A DNA stretch of 64,000 nt from contig JACRKZ010000031.1 in the NCBI GenBank assembly GCA_016235455.1, positions 67,556 through 131,555 of the forward strand, read 5' to 3'. This DNA is from Armatimonadota bacterium (lineage in GTDB: Bacteria > Armatimonadota > UBA10988). The notes under the pieces were generated by a model that ran no database searches, had not been told where the DNA came from, and saw nothing but the letters and a program-made list of their open reading frames with translations. Below are positions 44,810-61,137 of the stretch, piece by piece (within the stretch, counting starts at the first letter, position 1; each line of letters opens with the position of its first letter). A program made the translations under genes and the position numbers.

Positions 44810-47800
44810 GTGCGTGGCCCGTGGCTGGAAGCCCAGCTTGATTACGTGACCTTGTGGCATGGTCTGGCACTGTTGCTGGTGGCCCTGCCCTGCCGACGCC
44901 TCATGCTGCGTGCGCGCCAAGCCGGGGTGGCCGTTGGGTCCGAAGGTGCCTGGTCGGGCCTCAGCCTGTTCGCCCTAAGCTGGGCGCTACGCTGCTGGCT
45001 GTGCCTGCCCGGCCTGCCGCCCAACCCCCTGGCGACGGTGCCTGGTCTGGCGGCACTGGCCTCCTTGGTGACCGCGGCCGCTGTGTGCCAGTGGCCGGAG
45101 TCGTCACGGGCGCGCCGAGCGGCGCTGCCTTGCGCGGCGATGGCGGCCGGCGGCGTCCTGGCCTGGCTGGGTCTGAGCTCGGCCATCACCGTGTTGATCG
45201 GCGGGCCGGCCGCACTGTGGACGGCCATGGCGATGCGCCGCCGCTTCCCACAAGCGCGCGCGCTGTGCCTGACGCTGGCCGTCTACGGGCTGCTGCTGGT
45301 CGCGAGCGCCAGCCTGCGCGCCGGCTGGTCGCTGGCTGCCCAGTATGGCAGTGTGGTCGCGGCGCTGCTGCTGATGGCCGGCGCCTGGTCGCTCTGGCGA
45401 CGCAGCCTGGAAAGCGAAGTGGAGACCCTGGGCCGCCGCGCCACCTTGTTGCTGGCCGGCGTGTCGCTGGCGGCCCTGCTGTTGGGCTGGGCGGTGACCA
45501 TCTGGCAGGGCCACGTGGCCGACATCGAGGCGCGCGGCGCGCTGCTGCAGCGGGCGCACAGCCTGGCGCGGTCGATGCATCCGCCGCGCGTGCAGGCGCT
45601 CACCTTCACGGCGGCCGACGCCAGTGCATCGGTCTACCAGCGGCTATGCGGGCAACTGCAGGCCTACCACCGCTTTCTGGGCGACGCCCGGGGCTACTAC
45701 ACCGTGGCGCCGCGCGGCCGCGATCTGGTCTTCGGGCCGGAGAGCTACGCGCCGACCGACCCGCAGGCGTCCAGGCCCGGCGAGGTCTACCAACGCCCGG
45801 CCCCTGGGCTGCAGGCAGCCATCGGCCTGCGCCAGAGCGTGGTGGTCGGCCCCTACCATGACGAGTACGGCGAGTTCCTGACAGCCTTCTCGCCCGTCTT
45901 CGAGGCGCGCTCGGGCAACGTGCTGGCCATGGTTGGCGTGGACCTGGAGGCGCCGGTGTGGCGGACTCAGGTGGCCCGGGCGCGGCGCGCGGGCCTGCTA
46001 TGCACCTGGCTGCTCGTGGCGTCGCTGGCCATGGGGCTGTACCTGCTGCATTTGCGCGCCGAGCACGGCGGCGCCGCGATCAGCTGGTTACGCCACGCGG
46101 AGGTCATTGCCACGGCCAGCGTGGGCTGCAGCCTGACTCTCGTCTTTGGGCTGTGCTTCTATGAGCATGAACGCATGTCCGCGGCGGGCACCTTCGAGCA
46201 CTTGGCCAGTGCCACCGCCGAGGCGCTCATCGCCCAGTGCGAAGACATGCGCATCCAGTTGCTCGCGACCGCGCGGCTGATCCAGGCCTCGCGCGACCTG
46301 GAGGTCAACCAGTTCGAGCGTTTCGTGCTGCCGTTCGCCTCCGGTGCCTCGCCGCTGTGGGGCTATGCGCCGGTGGCGGGCGACAAACTCATCGTTGGTA
46401 TGGCGGCGCCCATGTCGTCAGCCCGAAGCTGGCTGGGTCGTGACCTGTTGGCCGACCCCCGGCAGCGCGCCGTGGTGCGCCGAGCGCTGGAGACCGGCCT
46501 GCTGTGCGGCGAGGTGGAAGCCTCGACCGAGGGGCCGCAGACCTACCTGGCCTACCAGCCGGTAACCGAGTCGCCGCGCGGCCGCGTGGTCGGCGTGGTG
46601 TTCTGTCGCTTTGCACCGCAGGATCTGGTCAACGCCGTGTTGATCCGCGGGCAGACCGACGCACGAAGTGTTCACGCCGAGCTGCGCGATACGTCGGCGC
46701 CCCAAGGGGAGCGCGCGCAGGCGTGGGCCGCCCACGCTCGTCGCTTTGAGCGCGCCTTCGCGGTAAACGTGCTGGGCCGTGCTTGGGTCGTGCTCATCCG
46801 GCCCGCCTCTGACCGTGTCGTCGGCCATCCCCTGCGCGTGGCCTGGGCGTTGGTGCTTATCTGCCTGACGGCAACCGCGCTCATCGTGCGCTTCGTGGCG
46901 CTGCTGCGCGGGCGACAGTGGGCGCTCGAGCGGCTGGTCTCCGAACGCACCGCCGCGCTGGCGGAGCGCAGCGAGGCGCTGCGCGTCGACCTGCACCGGT
47001 CGCTGGAACAACAGCAGGTGCTGGCCGAGGTGGCCATGTTGCCCGAAGTGCTGGGCGGTGATCTGCTGGCCACGGCGCGCATCTGCACTGAGCGGGCCGC
47101 CATCACTCTCGGTACGGCGCGGGCCAGCGTGTGGACGCTGGAGCCCGACGCCGACTGCGTCGAGTGCCTCGATGCCTATGATGCCGATCTGGGCTGCCAT
47201 TCCTCAGGCCAGGTGCTGCCGATGGCGCACGTGGCGCCGCTCATCGAGGCGGCCAGCGCCGTCCGAGTGCTGGCTTCCGAGCCGGAGTCGGGCCGCTCGC
47301 TGTTGCGCGGCGCCGCCCAGGAGCATGCGGCTGGTCTCCATCTCTCGGCGCTCCTGACCACCCTCGTGCGCGTGGCTGGTGAGGACCGGGCCGCGCTGCT
47401 GCTCTCCTACCGCGGTAAGGACCATCAGTGGTCGTCCGACGAACTGGCCTTCTGCGGCCAGCTGGCCGACCAGCTCTCCCTGACCATCACCAACCGCGAA
47501 CGGCTCGACGCCCAGCAGGTGCTCGATCAAAGCAAGCGCGAGGTGGAGGCCATCCTGCAGTCCGTGCAGGCCTGCGTCCTGGTCATCGACGCCGAGAGCC
47601 ACACCATTCTGGAGGCCAACTCGGCCGCCTGCCGGCTGATCGGTACGCCTCGTGACGAGCTGGTCGGCCGTAGTTGCCACGAGCGCGTCTGCCCCAAGCA
47701 GCTGGGCCAATGCCCCATCACCGACCAAGGCCAGACGGTCGACAATGCCGAACGGGTCGTGCTCACGGCTGACGGACGTGAGGTGCCGGTCCTCAAGACC

Positions 47801-48048
47801 GTCGTCGCCATCCGGCTGCGCGACCGCGATTGTCTGCTGGAGTCGTTTGTCGACATCACGGCGCAGCGCGAGCAGCAGGAGCAGCTCGGTCAGGCCCTCT
47901 CGGAGTCGGAGCGCATGATCCGGTTGATGGTGGACCGCGAGGAGCGTGTGCTGGAGTTGAAGCGCGAGGTCAACGACCTTCTGGCCCGACTCGGCGCCGA
48001 GCCGCGCTACACCGCCGGGCTGGTCACGCCCGAGACGGAGGTGGCGCT

Positions 48049-48052
<4 letters not shown>
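44810..48052 (+). CDS. Multi-sensor membrane protein (two periplasmic/extracytoplasmic sensor regions, GAF, PAS, coiled coil) lacking a transmitter domain
   Basis: 1080 aa; multiple TM blocks, GAF-like and PAS-like regions ([30 protein letters not shown]), no H-box or ATPase motifs; stop overlaps the start of the downstream hybrid kinase (ATGA). Confidence 0.7.
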
Positions 48053-50456
<2,404 letters not shown>

Positions 50457-50460
<4 letters not shown>

Positions 50461-51425
50461 CCCGCCAGGATGGCCTCGTACGCCCACTGGTCCCACTCGG
50501 CCGCGACACCGATGCCGGGCAGATCGGGGTAGTTCTTGGCGATCAGGTGGCCCTCGAACGCTGTGACCATGCGCCGGGCCTCGCGCTCGATCAGCGCTCG
50601 ATCGCCCGTGGGCAGCACCTGCTGGATATCCACCGGCGACCACAGCGCCGCGCCGCGTGCCTTGAGCCTGGCGGCCAAGGCTTCCAGGTCGTAGACCAGC
50701 GGCTGGTCGAACTGGAAGGCATCGACTCCGCAGTCGCACAGGTCGTCGATGAGCAGCCAGTTCTGGCCGCAACTGTGCAGCCAGACCGCCATGCCCGCCT
50801 CATGCGCCAGGCGCAGCAGTTCCGTATACAGCGGCTTGAAGTAGGAGCGGAACATGCTCGGGCTGAACAGCGGGCCAGTCTGCGTGCCCAGATCCTCGCC
50901 GATCAGGATGCCATCGGCGCCCGCGGCGGCGGCGGCGCGGATCTTGGTCTCGTAGACGCTGGCTACCATCGCGTGCAGGCGCCGCAGCTCGTCGGGGTAC
51001 AGCCCCATGTCCAGCAGGTAGACCTCCAGCCGGCGCAGGTAGCGCGCGTTGTCGAAGATCCACCCGCCGATGGCCGCCATACGGTAGCGTTCGGTCTCGC
51101 GCGAGAAGGCCTCGGCCATGTCGGCCCAGGTCTCGGGCTGGGTGTAGTCGGGTAGCCTCAGTTCGTCGAGCTCGCTCCAGTCGGAGAGCCGGGCTTGATG
51201 GATCTCGCCCTTGGCGCAGCCGCCGACCATGCGCGACCAGAGGTTGCCCCACTCGTCGTCGTAGTATTCGAGCCGGCCCTCGACCCAGCGCCGCGGCTCA
51301 TAGCCAGCCGGTCGGCGTGGGCCGAGGCACAGCACGTCGTTGACCCGTTCGCCCGAGAAGGTCAGCCCGCAGCGCGGAGCGCCGCGGCCGGCCAGATTGG
51401 CCAGAACGATCTCTCGCGAGGTCAT
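50457..51425 (-). CDS. Uroporphyrinogen-decarboxylase-family (URO-D / MtaA-CmuA-like) protein
   Basis: 322 aa; [28 protein letters not shown] and [15 protein letters not shown] resemble the URO-D/methyltransferase family; ATG lies 1 nt after the gyrA stop; 3' end overlaps the HK stop by 4 nt (convergent). Confidence 0.65.
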
Positions 51426-51426
51426 C

Positions 51427-54060
51427 TCAGGCCTCCTGGTCGTCCGCCTCCGGCTCGTCGCCGGCGTCCGCGTCGAGGTCGAGGTCGGGCGTCTCGCCCA
51501 TCTCCTCGTCGTCGAACAGGCTGGCCTGCGGCTCGTCCTCACCGCTGAACTTCCCGCGGCGCTTGCGCGGCGCGGTCGGGTCCTCGTCGGACTCCATCTG
51601 CACCACCTTGGTCACCGCGGCCACGCTGTCGCCCTCGTCCAGGTTGATCAGCTTGACGCCTTGCGCCGCGCGGCCCGTGGTGCTGATGCGGTTGCAGGGG
51701 ATGCGGATCATCACGCCCTTCTCGGTCAGCAGCAGCAGTTCGTCGTTGTTGTCGACGGTGGCCATGCCCACCACCGGGCCGGTCTTGTCGGTGACCCGGT
51801 AGGTGATGACGCCGAGGCCGGCGCGGTTCTGCTCGGGATAGTCGGCAAATGGCGTGCGCTTGCCGAAACCCTTGGTGCCAGAGACCAACAGTTCCTTGGA
51901 CTCGTCCACGGTGCAGACGCCGATGCACTGGTCGCCGGGCCGCAGGTTGATGCCGCGCACGCCCTGGGTGGCGCGGCCCATGGGGCGCGCGTCCTCTTCC
52001 TTGAAGCGGATGGACATGCCGTTCTGCGTGGCGATGACCAACTGCTGCTCGCCGTCAGTGTGCAACACCCAGCCGAGCTCGTCATCGCCCACCAGGTTGA
52101 TGGCGATGAGGCCCATGCGGTTGATGTTGCCGAACTCGGCGAAGCTGGTGCGCTTGATCGTGCCGCCCTTGGTGACCATGGTCAGATAACCATCGCTGGT
52201 CAGACCGACCACCGGCACGATGGCCGTCACCTGCTCATCGGGCTGAATGTTGATCAGGTTGATCACCGGCAGGCCGCGCGCCGTGCGGCTGGCCTGGGGG
52301 ATCTCGAAGGCGCGCAGGCGGTGCACCCAGCCGCGGTTGGTGAAGAACAGCAGGTAGTGGTGCGTGGTGGCCACGAACAGGTGCTCGACCTGGTCTTCTT
52401 CCTTCTTGGTCAGGCCGATGAGCCCGCGCCCGCCACGGCGCTGCACACGGTAGGTGTCCAGCGTGGTGCGCTTGGCATAGCCGTCGCGGGTGATCGAGAT
52501 GACCATGTCCTCTTCGGCGATGAGGTCTTCGACGTTGAGGTCCTGCGCTTCGGCGGCGATGATGACCGTGCGGCGGTCATCGCCAAACTTGTCGGACAGC
52601 TCGCGGGTCTCGTCCTTGATGACGCCCATGCGCTTGCCGCGGTCGGCCAGCAGTTCGCGGTAGTAGGCGATATCGCGCTGGAGGCCGTCGTACTCGTCCT
52701 GCAGCTTCTTGCGCTCCAAGCCGGTCAGCGTGCCCAGCGTCATGTCGACGATGGCCTGCGCCTGCCGGGCGGAGAACTCGAAGGTCTCCTGCAGGTTCTG
52801 GCGCGCCTCGGTGCGGTTGGAGCTGCGGCGGATGGTGCGGATGATCTGGTCGATCTGGTCCAGCGCCTTGAGCAGGCCCTCCAGGATGTGGGCGCGGTCC
52901 TCGGCCTGGTCGAGCAGGAAGCGCGTGCGCCGCCGGACCACGTCTTCGCGATGCTTGACGAAGTTGGCGATGAGGTCCTTGAGGCTCAGCAGCACCGGCT
53001 TGCGGTCGACCAGCGCGAGGTTGATGACCGGGAAGTTGCAGCGCAGCTCGGTGCGCTTGTACAGCTGGTTGAGCACCACGCTGGCTTGCGCATCGCGCTT
53101 GAGCTCGATGACCACGCGCATGCCGGTGCGGTCGGTCTCGTCGCGGATGGCCGAGATGCCTTCGATCTTGCTGTTGCGTACCAGGTCGGCGATATGCTCC
53201 TGGAAGCGCGCCTTGTTGACCTGGTAGGGCAGCTCCGAGACGATGATCGCCGCGCGGCCGCCGTCGATCGGCTCGATTGCGGCGCGGCCCTGCATGGTGA
53301 TGCTGCCGCGACCGGTGGAGTAGGCGTCGAGGATGCCCTGCTTGCCCAGGATGAGCCCGCGAGTCGGGAAGTCCGGACCCGGGATGTACTCCATGAGCTG
53401 CTCGATGCTGATCTGCTCGTTGTCGATGAAGGCGCAGATGGCGGCGCAGACCTCGCGCAGGTTGTGCGGCGGCAGCTTGCAGGACATGCCCACCGCGATG
53501 CCCTCGTTGCCGTTGCACAGCAGGTTGGGGAAACGGCTGGGCAGCACCGTCGGCTCTTGCAGGCGCTCGTCGTAGTTGGGCTGGAAGTCGACCGTGTTCT
53601 TGTCGATGTCTTCCATCATGGCTTCGGCGGGAGCGCTCAGGCGGGCTTCGGTGTACCGCATGGCCGCCGGCGGGTCGCCGTCCATGCTGCCGAAGTTGCC
53701 CTGTCCGTTGACCAGCGGGTAGCGCAGCGACCAGTCCTGGCCCAAGCGCACCAGCGCCGGGTAGACGTTCTGCTCACCATGCGGGTGGTAGTCACCGGAG
53801 GTCTGGCCGGCCACCTTGGCGCACTTCATCGGCGGGCGATTGGAGCGCAGGTTGAGGTCGGCCATGACCTGCAGCAGGCGGCGCTGCACGGGCTTGAGCC
53901 CGTCACGCACGTCCGGCAGCGCGCGCGAGACGATGGTCGACATGGCGTATTCCATGTACGACTTGCTCATCTCGTCAGCCAGCGAAATGCTGCGCGCGGC
54001 CGGCGGGCCAGGCGGCGTACTGCCGGCAGCCGGTTGGATGGGGGTCCCTTCGTCGCTCAT
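51427..54060 (-). CDS. gyrA: DNA gyrase subunit A
   Basis: [30 protein letters not shown]... active-site Tyr region and six C-terminal beta-pinwheel repeats; acidic C-terminal tail. Confidence 0.95.
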   Translation of the reverse strand: MSDEGTPIQPAAGSTPPGPPAARSISLADEMSKSYMEYAMSTIVSRALPDVRDGLKPVQRRLLQVMADLNLRSNRPPMKCAKVAGQTSGDYHPHGEQNVYPALVRLGQDWSLRYPLVNGQGNFGSMDGDPPAAMRYTEARLSAPAEAMMEDIDKNTVDFQPNYDERLQEPTVLPSRFPNLLCNGNEGIAVGMSCKLPPHNLREVCAAICAFIDNEQISIEQLMEYIPGPDFPTRGLILGKQGILDAYSTGRGSITMQGRAAIEPIDGGRAAIIVSELPYQVNKARFQEHIADLVRNSKIEGISAIRDETDRTGMRVVIELKRDAQASVVLNQLYKRTELRCNFPVINLALVDRKPVLLSLKDLIANFVKHREDVVRRRTRFLLDQAEDRAHILEGLLKALDQIDQIIRTIRRSSNRTEARQNLQETFEFSARQAQAIVDMTLGTLTGLERKKLQDEYDGLQRDIAYYRELLADRGKRMGVIKDETRELSDKFGDDRRTVIIAAEAQDLNVEDLIAEEDMVISITRDGYAKRTTLDTYRVQRRGGRGLIGLTKKEEDQVEHLFVATTHHYLLFFTNRGWVHRLRAFEIPQASRTARGLPVINLINIQPDEQVTAIVPVVGLTSDGYLTMVTKGGTIKRTSFAEFGNINRMGLIAINLVGDDELGWVLHTDGEQQLVIATQNGMSIRFKEEDARPMGRATQGVRGINLRPGDQCIGVCTVDESKELLVSGTKGFGKRTPFADYPEQNRAGLGVITYRVTDKTGPVVGMATVDNNDELLLLTEKGVMIRIPCNRISTTGRAAQGVKLINLDEGDSVAAVTKVVQMESDEDPTAPRKRRGKFSGEDEPQASLFDDEEMGETPDLDLDADAGDEPEADDQEA

Positions 54061-54115
54061 TGGGCCAGTCCGTTCGTGGTCAGATAACGAGGCTCGTCAC
54101 GCGCCGCGTGCTGTG

Positions 54116-56236
54116 CTAGATGTCCAGGTTCTTCACGCGCCGCGCGTGCTCGGTGATGTAGTTCTTGCGAGGCTCCACGGCGTCGCCCATGAGGATGGAG
54201 ACGATGTGGTCGGCGCGGACGGCGTCTTCCATGACAATCTGCATGATGCTGCGCGTCTCGGGCTGCATGGTCGTCTCGGCCAGCTGGTCGGCGTTCATCT
54301 CGCCCAGGCCCTTGTAGCGCTGGACGCTGACGCCGCGACGACCCTTGTACTCCTCGAGGATCTGGTCGCGCTCGGTCTCGCTCTGGGCGTAGGTGATGTT
54401 GCCGCCGTGCTTGACGCCGAACAGCGGCGGCTGAGCGCAGTAGATGTTGCCCAGCTCCATCAGCGGCCGCAGGTAGCGCAGGAAGAAGGTCAGCAGCAGC
54501 GTGCGGATATGGCTGCCGTCCACATCGGCGTCGGCCATGATCACGACCTTGCCGTAGCGCAGCCGCTCCAGGTTGAAGTTGAAGGTGTCGCCCTGTTCCT
54601 TCTTGGCCTTGCTCTTGGCGGTCACGAGCGGGGTGTCGTCGTCCTCGTCGTCCTCGTCGGCGCCGGCCCGCGCTTCCACCAGTGCGTGCGCTTCGGCAGC
54701 GGCGGCGTCGCGGCGCTTCTCCTCGACCGAACGGATCTGCTCTTGGATCTCCTCCCACTTGGTGGGGTCGGCGATACCTGTGCCGAGCGCGGTGATCAGC
54801 GTGCGGATGTGCTCATGGTTGAGGATCTTGTCCAGCCGGTGCTTCTCGACGTTCAGCGGCTTGCCGCCCAGCGGCAGGATGGCCTGGAACCGGCTGTTGC
54901 GCCCGGCCTTGGCGGTACCCGCGGCCGAGTCACCCTCGACGATGAACAGCTCGCACTCGTCGGCGGTGCGGCTGGAGCAGTCCCACAGCTTGCCCGGCAT
55001 GCCACCGACTTCCAGCGCCGACTTGCGCTTGATGAGCTCGGCGGCGCGGCGCGCGGCTTCGCGCGCTCGCGAAGCGGTGATGGCCTTTTCGATGACCGCG
55101 CGGCCCACCTGCGGATGCTCGCTCAGGTAGGTCTGCAGCATGTCGCCGACAATGGAGTTGACCAGGCCGTCCACTTCGGGGTTGGTCAGGCGCACCTTGG
55201 TCTGGCTCTCGAAGTTCGGCTCGCCCAGGCGCACGGAGATGATCGCCGCCAGGCCTTCGCGCACATCGTCACCCGAGAAGTTCTTGTCCTTCTCCTTGAG
55301 GATGTTGGAGCTGCGCGCGTAGTTGTTGAGCGTGCGGGTCAGCGCGGTCTTCAGGCCGGACAGGTGCGTGCCGCCGTCGGGCGTGTGGATGCAGTTGGCG
55401 AAGCACAGGATGTTCTCCATGTAGCCTTCGTTGTACTGCAGGGCTACCTCAACATCGATGCCGTCGCGCTGGTCGCGGATGTAGATCGGCTTGTGCAGCG
55501 GATCCTTGGCGTCGTTGAGGTACTCGACGAACTGCTTGATGCCGCCGCTGAAATGGAAGTCTTCCTGGCGGAAGTCGTTGGTCTCGGGGTCGATCTCGCG
55601 CTCATCGATGAGCAGAATGCGCACGCCGCCGTTCAGGTAGGCCAGGTCGCGCAGACGCTCCGAGAGCCGCTCGAAGCTGTACTCGGTGACCGAGAAGATG
55701 GTCGGGTCGGGCAGGAAGTGGGTCTTGGTGCCCGTGACATCCTCGGTCAGGTCGCCCACCACCCACAGCGGCACCGCGGTGCGGCCCTGCTCGAAGCGGA
55801 TGCGGTGCAACTGGCGGTGGCGCTTCACATCGACGATGCAGAAGCTGCTCAGCGCGTTGACGCAACTGACGCCCACGCCGTGCAGACCGCCGGAGACCTT
55901 GTAGGCCGAGCCCTCGCCGCCGAACTTGCCGCCGGCGTGGAGCTTGGTCATGACCACTTCCACCGCGGGCTTGCCTTCGGTGGGGTGCATGTCCACGGGA
56001 ATGCCCGAGCCGTTGTCCTCGACGCTGACCGAGTTGTCGGTATGCACGACCACCGTGATGGTGTCGCAGCGGCCGGCCATGGCCTCGTCGATGGAGTTGT
56101 CGACCACCTCACTCACGAGATGGTGCAGACCCAACGTGTCGGTGGTGCCGATGTACATGGAGGGGCGCTTGCGGACCGCCTCGAGTCCTTCCAACACCTG
56201 AATCTGTGCCGCGTTGTAGCCGGGATCCTCCGCCAC
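54116..56236 (-). CDS. gyrB: DNA gyrase subunit B
   Basis: LEAVRKRPSMYIGTT, LHHLVSEVVDNSIDEAMAG, toprim EGDSAAG..., PLGGKPLNVEK motifs. Confidence 0.95.
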   Translation of the reverse strand: MAEDPGYNAAQIQVLEGLEAVRKRPSMYIGTTDTLGLHHLVSEVVDNSIDEAMAGRCDTITVVVHTDNSVSVEDNGSGIPVDMHPTEGKPAVEVVMTKLHAGGKFGGEGSAYKVSGGLHGVGVSCVNALSSFCIVDVKRHRQLHRIRFEQGRTAVPLWVVGDLTEDVTGTKTHFLPDPTIFSVTEYSFERLSERLRDLAYLNGGVRILLIDEREIDPETNDFRQEDFHFSGGIKQFVEYLNDAKDPLHKPIYIRDQRDGIDVEVALQYNEGYMENILCFANCIHTPDGGTHLSGLKTALTRTLNNYARSSNILKEKDKNFSGDDVREGLAAIISVRLGEPNFESQTKVRLTNPEVDGLVNSIVGDMLQTYLSEHPQVGRAVIEKAITASRAREAARRAAELIKRKSALEVGGMPGKLWDCSSRTADECELFIVEGDSAAGTAKAGRNSRFQAILPLGGKPLNVEKHRLDKILNHEHIRTLITALGTGIADPTKWEEIQEQIRSVEEKRRDAAAAEAHALVEARAGADEDDEDDDTPLVTAKSKAKKEQGDTFNFNLERLRYGKVVIMADADVDGSHIRTLLLTFFLRYLRPLMELGNIYCAQPPLFGVKHGGNITYAQSETERDQILEEYKGRRGVSVQRYKGLGEMNADQLAETTMQPETRSIMQIVMEDAVRADHIVSILMGDAVEPRKNYITEHARRVKNLDI

Positions 56237-56527
56237 GTGCTCATCTCCCTCCGCCGCACGCCGTCCGACGCCATTCCGCCGGGCCGAACGGCCCCACCCG
56301 TGGTCCAGCCTGCGCTGGTGTGGATGGGCTTATGTAGCCTCTTAAAACTACCATAGAATCCGCCCCCGGTCAAGTTGGCGAGGCCCTGCGGGCGTCCCAG
56401 CGCGCTGTGCGGACGGTGGCTGCGCCGAGCTGTTTCCACACGACGCCGACGAGGCGCCGCGGCGCGGCCCGGCGGAACGGGGCGAGCGAAAGGCGCGTCG
56501 AGTGTTATAGTGAGTCAGGAGACCGGC

Positions 56528-57172
56528 ATGGCACGAGGATCGGCGCTACTGGTAGGCATCGGCGGTGGATCTGGCTCGGGCAAGTCGGCCCTGGCCCGTA
56601 GGCTGCGTGAGACGCTCGGGTCCGACACACTCACGGTCATCGAGATTGACTCGTACTATCGCGACAGTGCCAGCCTGACACCCCGCGAGCGCGTGGTGGT
56701 CAACTACGACCATCCCGACGCCATCGACTGGGCCCTGCTGCTCGACGCCTTGCGCGATCTGCGCGAGGGCGTGACGGTCGAGATGCCCGTCTACGATTTC
56801 ACCACCCACGAGCGCCGCGACGAGGCGCTGGAGATCGCGCCCACGCCAGTCATCCTCGTCGAGGGTATCCATTGCCTGACGCACGCGCCGTTGCGTGAAC
56901 TGCTCGACGTGCGCATCTTCGTCGACACCGATGCCGATGTGCGCTTCATCCGCCGACTGCGCCGCGACATTCTCGACCGTGACCGCACCATCGACAGCGT
57001 TATCGCGCAGTACATGGCCACCGTGCGGCCGATGTACGAGGATTTCGTGGCGCCCAGCCGCCGCCACGCGGACATCATCATCCCCGAAGGTACCGGCAAG
57101 AACGAGCTCGGCGTCGAGTTGATGGTCGAAGCGCTGACCGCGCGGCTGGAGCATATGCTGGACGAGGATTGA
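56528..57172 (+). CDS. udk: Uridine kinase
   Basis: LVGIGGGSGSGKSALA P-loop, IIEIDSYYRD, VILVEGIHCL, DTDADVRFIRRLRRD motifs; start at ATG 56528 (upstream ORF extension rejected). Confidence 0.85.
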   Translation: MARGSALLVGIGGGSGSGKSALARRLRETLGSDTLTVIEIDSYYRDSASLTPRERVVVNYDHPDAIDWALLLDALRDLREGVTVEMPVYDFTTHERRDEALEIAPTPVILVEGIHCLTHAPLRELLDVRIFVDTDADVRFIRRLRRDILDRDRTIDSVIAQYMATVRPMYEDFVAPSRRHADIIIPEGTGKNELGVELMVEALTARLEHMLDED

Positions 57173-57207
57173 GCGGTTCGAGCCGGCGCCTTGACGCTCG
57201 CTGACGT

Positions 57208-57236
57208 TTGACAGGAACGGCACTCAGGCTTAGCAT
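57208..57236 (+). promoter_or_regulatory. Sigma70-like promoter (TTGACA, 17-nt spacer, TAGCAT) in the udk-carB spacer
   Basis: ttgaca 57208-57213, tagcat 57231-57236. Confidence 0.35.
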
Positions 57237-57313
57237 AGGTCAAGGGTCAAGGCCCCTCAACGACCGAGGAAATGACCGGCCCATGAACGGGTTGCAGACC
57301 AAGTTTGGATAAG

Positions 57314-57346
57314 CGCCTTCCCCCGCCCAGGGGAAGGCGTTTTTTT
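57314..57346 (+). terminator. Canonical intrinsic terminator (10-bp GC stem CGCCTTCCCC/GGGGAAGGCG followed by T7) 16 nt upstream of the carB start
   Basis: cgccttcccc cgccca ggggaaggcg ttttttt; immediately preceded by the stop of a 9-codon mini-ORF (57283-57312). Confidence 0.75.
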
Positions 57347-57362
57347 ATGTTAGGGACCCAAC

Positions 57363-60626
<3,264 letters not shown>

Positions 60627-60644
60627 GCGGCTGGTGGCGAGTGG

Positions 60645-60920
60645 TTAGCGGTAGCGGCGGCGCGGTCGCCGGCGCGGCGGGTCGTTGCGCCCGTAGTACT
60701 CGTCCTCGGCGTTGCGCCAGGCCAGGTAGCGGATCGACGCCTTGAACAGCAGCGCGGTGATGTCGACCGCGGCGAACAGGCCGAGCACGACGAGGACGAT
60801 GGGCAGGGCACGGTGCGCCAGGTTCCAGGCCTCGCTCTTCAGGCTGCCGGTCTGGGCGAGGGCCCGGCCGCCGCAGCATGCCAACATCGCCAACACCATC
60901 GACCGCTGCCGCGAACCCAT
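60645..60920 (-). CDS. Candidate small single-pass membrane protein (91 aa) with Arg/Pro-rich C-terminus
   Basis: Nearly 100% GC3 on minus-strand codons in the carB-tnaA spacer, TM-like ALPIVLVVLGLFAAVDITALLF, GGAG 9-12 nt upstream of ATG at 60920; the six-frame ORF continues antisense through tnaA, which I reject. Confidence 0.3.
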   Translation of the reverse strand: MGSRQRSMVLAMLACCGGRALAQTGSLKSEAWNLAHRALPIVLVVLGLFAAVDITALLFKASIRYLAWRNAEDEYYGRNDPPRRRPRRRYR

Positions 60921-61137
60921 GAACCCGACTCCGACCTCAGAATAGCGCACCGCCGCGCTACCGACCAGAGCGCGGCGCGGCGCTCGGCGGAATCGTGCGC
61001 CGCGCCGATCTTGCACTCGACGCAGCGGGGCTCGATGAGGTAACATACCCGGCGCTCGTGTGCATACGCCTGAGGCGCTCGTCGTCGTCGTCGGCCGAGG
61101 CGTGGCCGCGTCGAATTGCCATACCAGGAGAGTTCCA

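Noticed and set aside
47830-48048. Upstream extension of the hybrid kinase ORF and the possibility that the sensor protein and kinase are one frameshifted gene
   Set aside because: The two frames overlap only by ATGA, a strong SD precedes the ATG at 48049, and the kinase has its own N-terminal TM helices. A frameshift cannot be fully excluded without reads.
51340-56356. Plus-strand ORFs 51340..54087 and 53816..56356 over gyrA/gyrB
   Set aside because: Antisense of unmistakable gyrase subunits.
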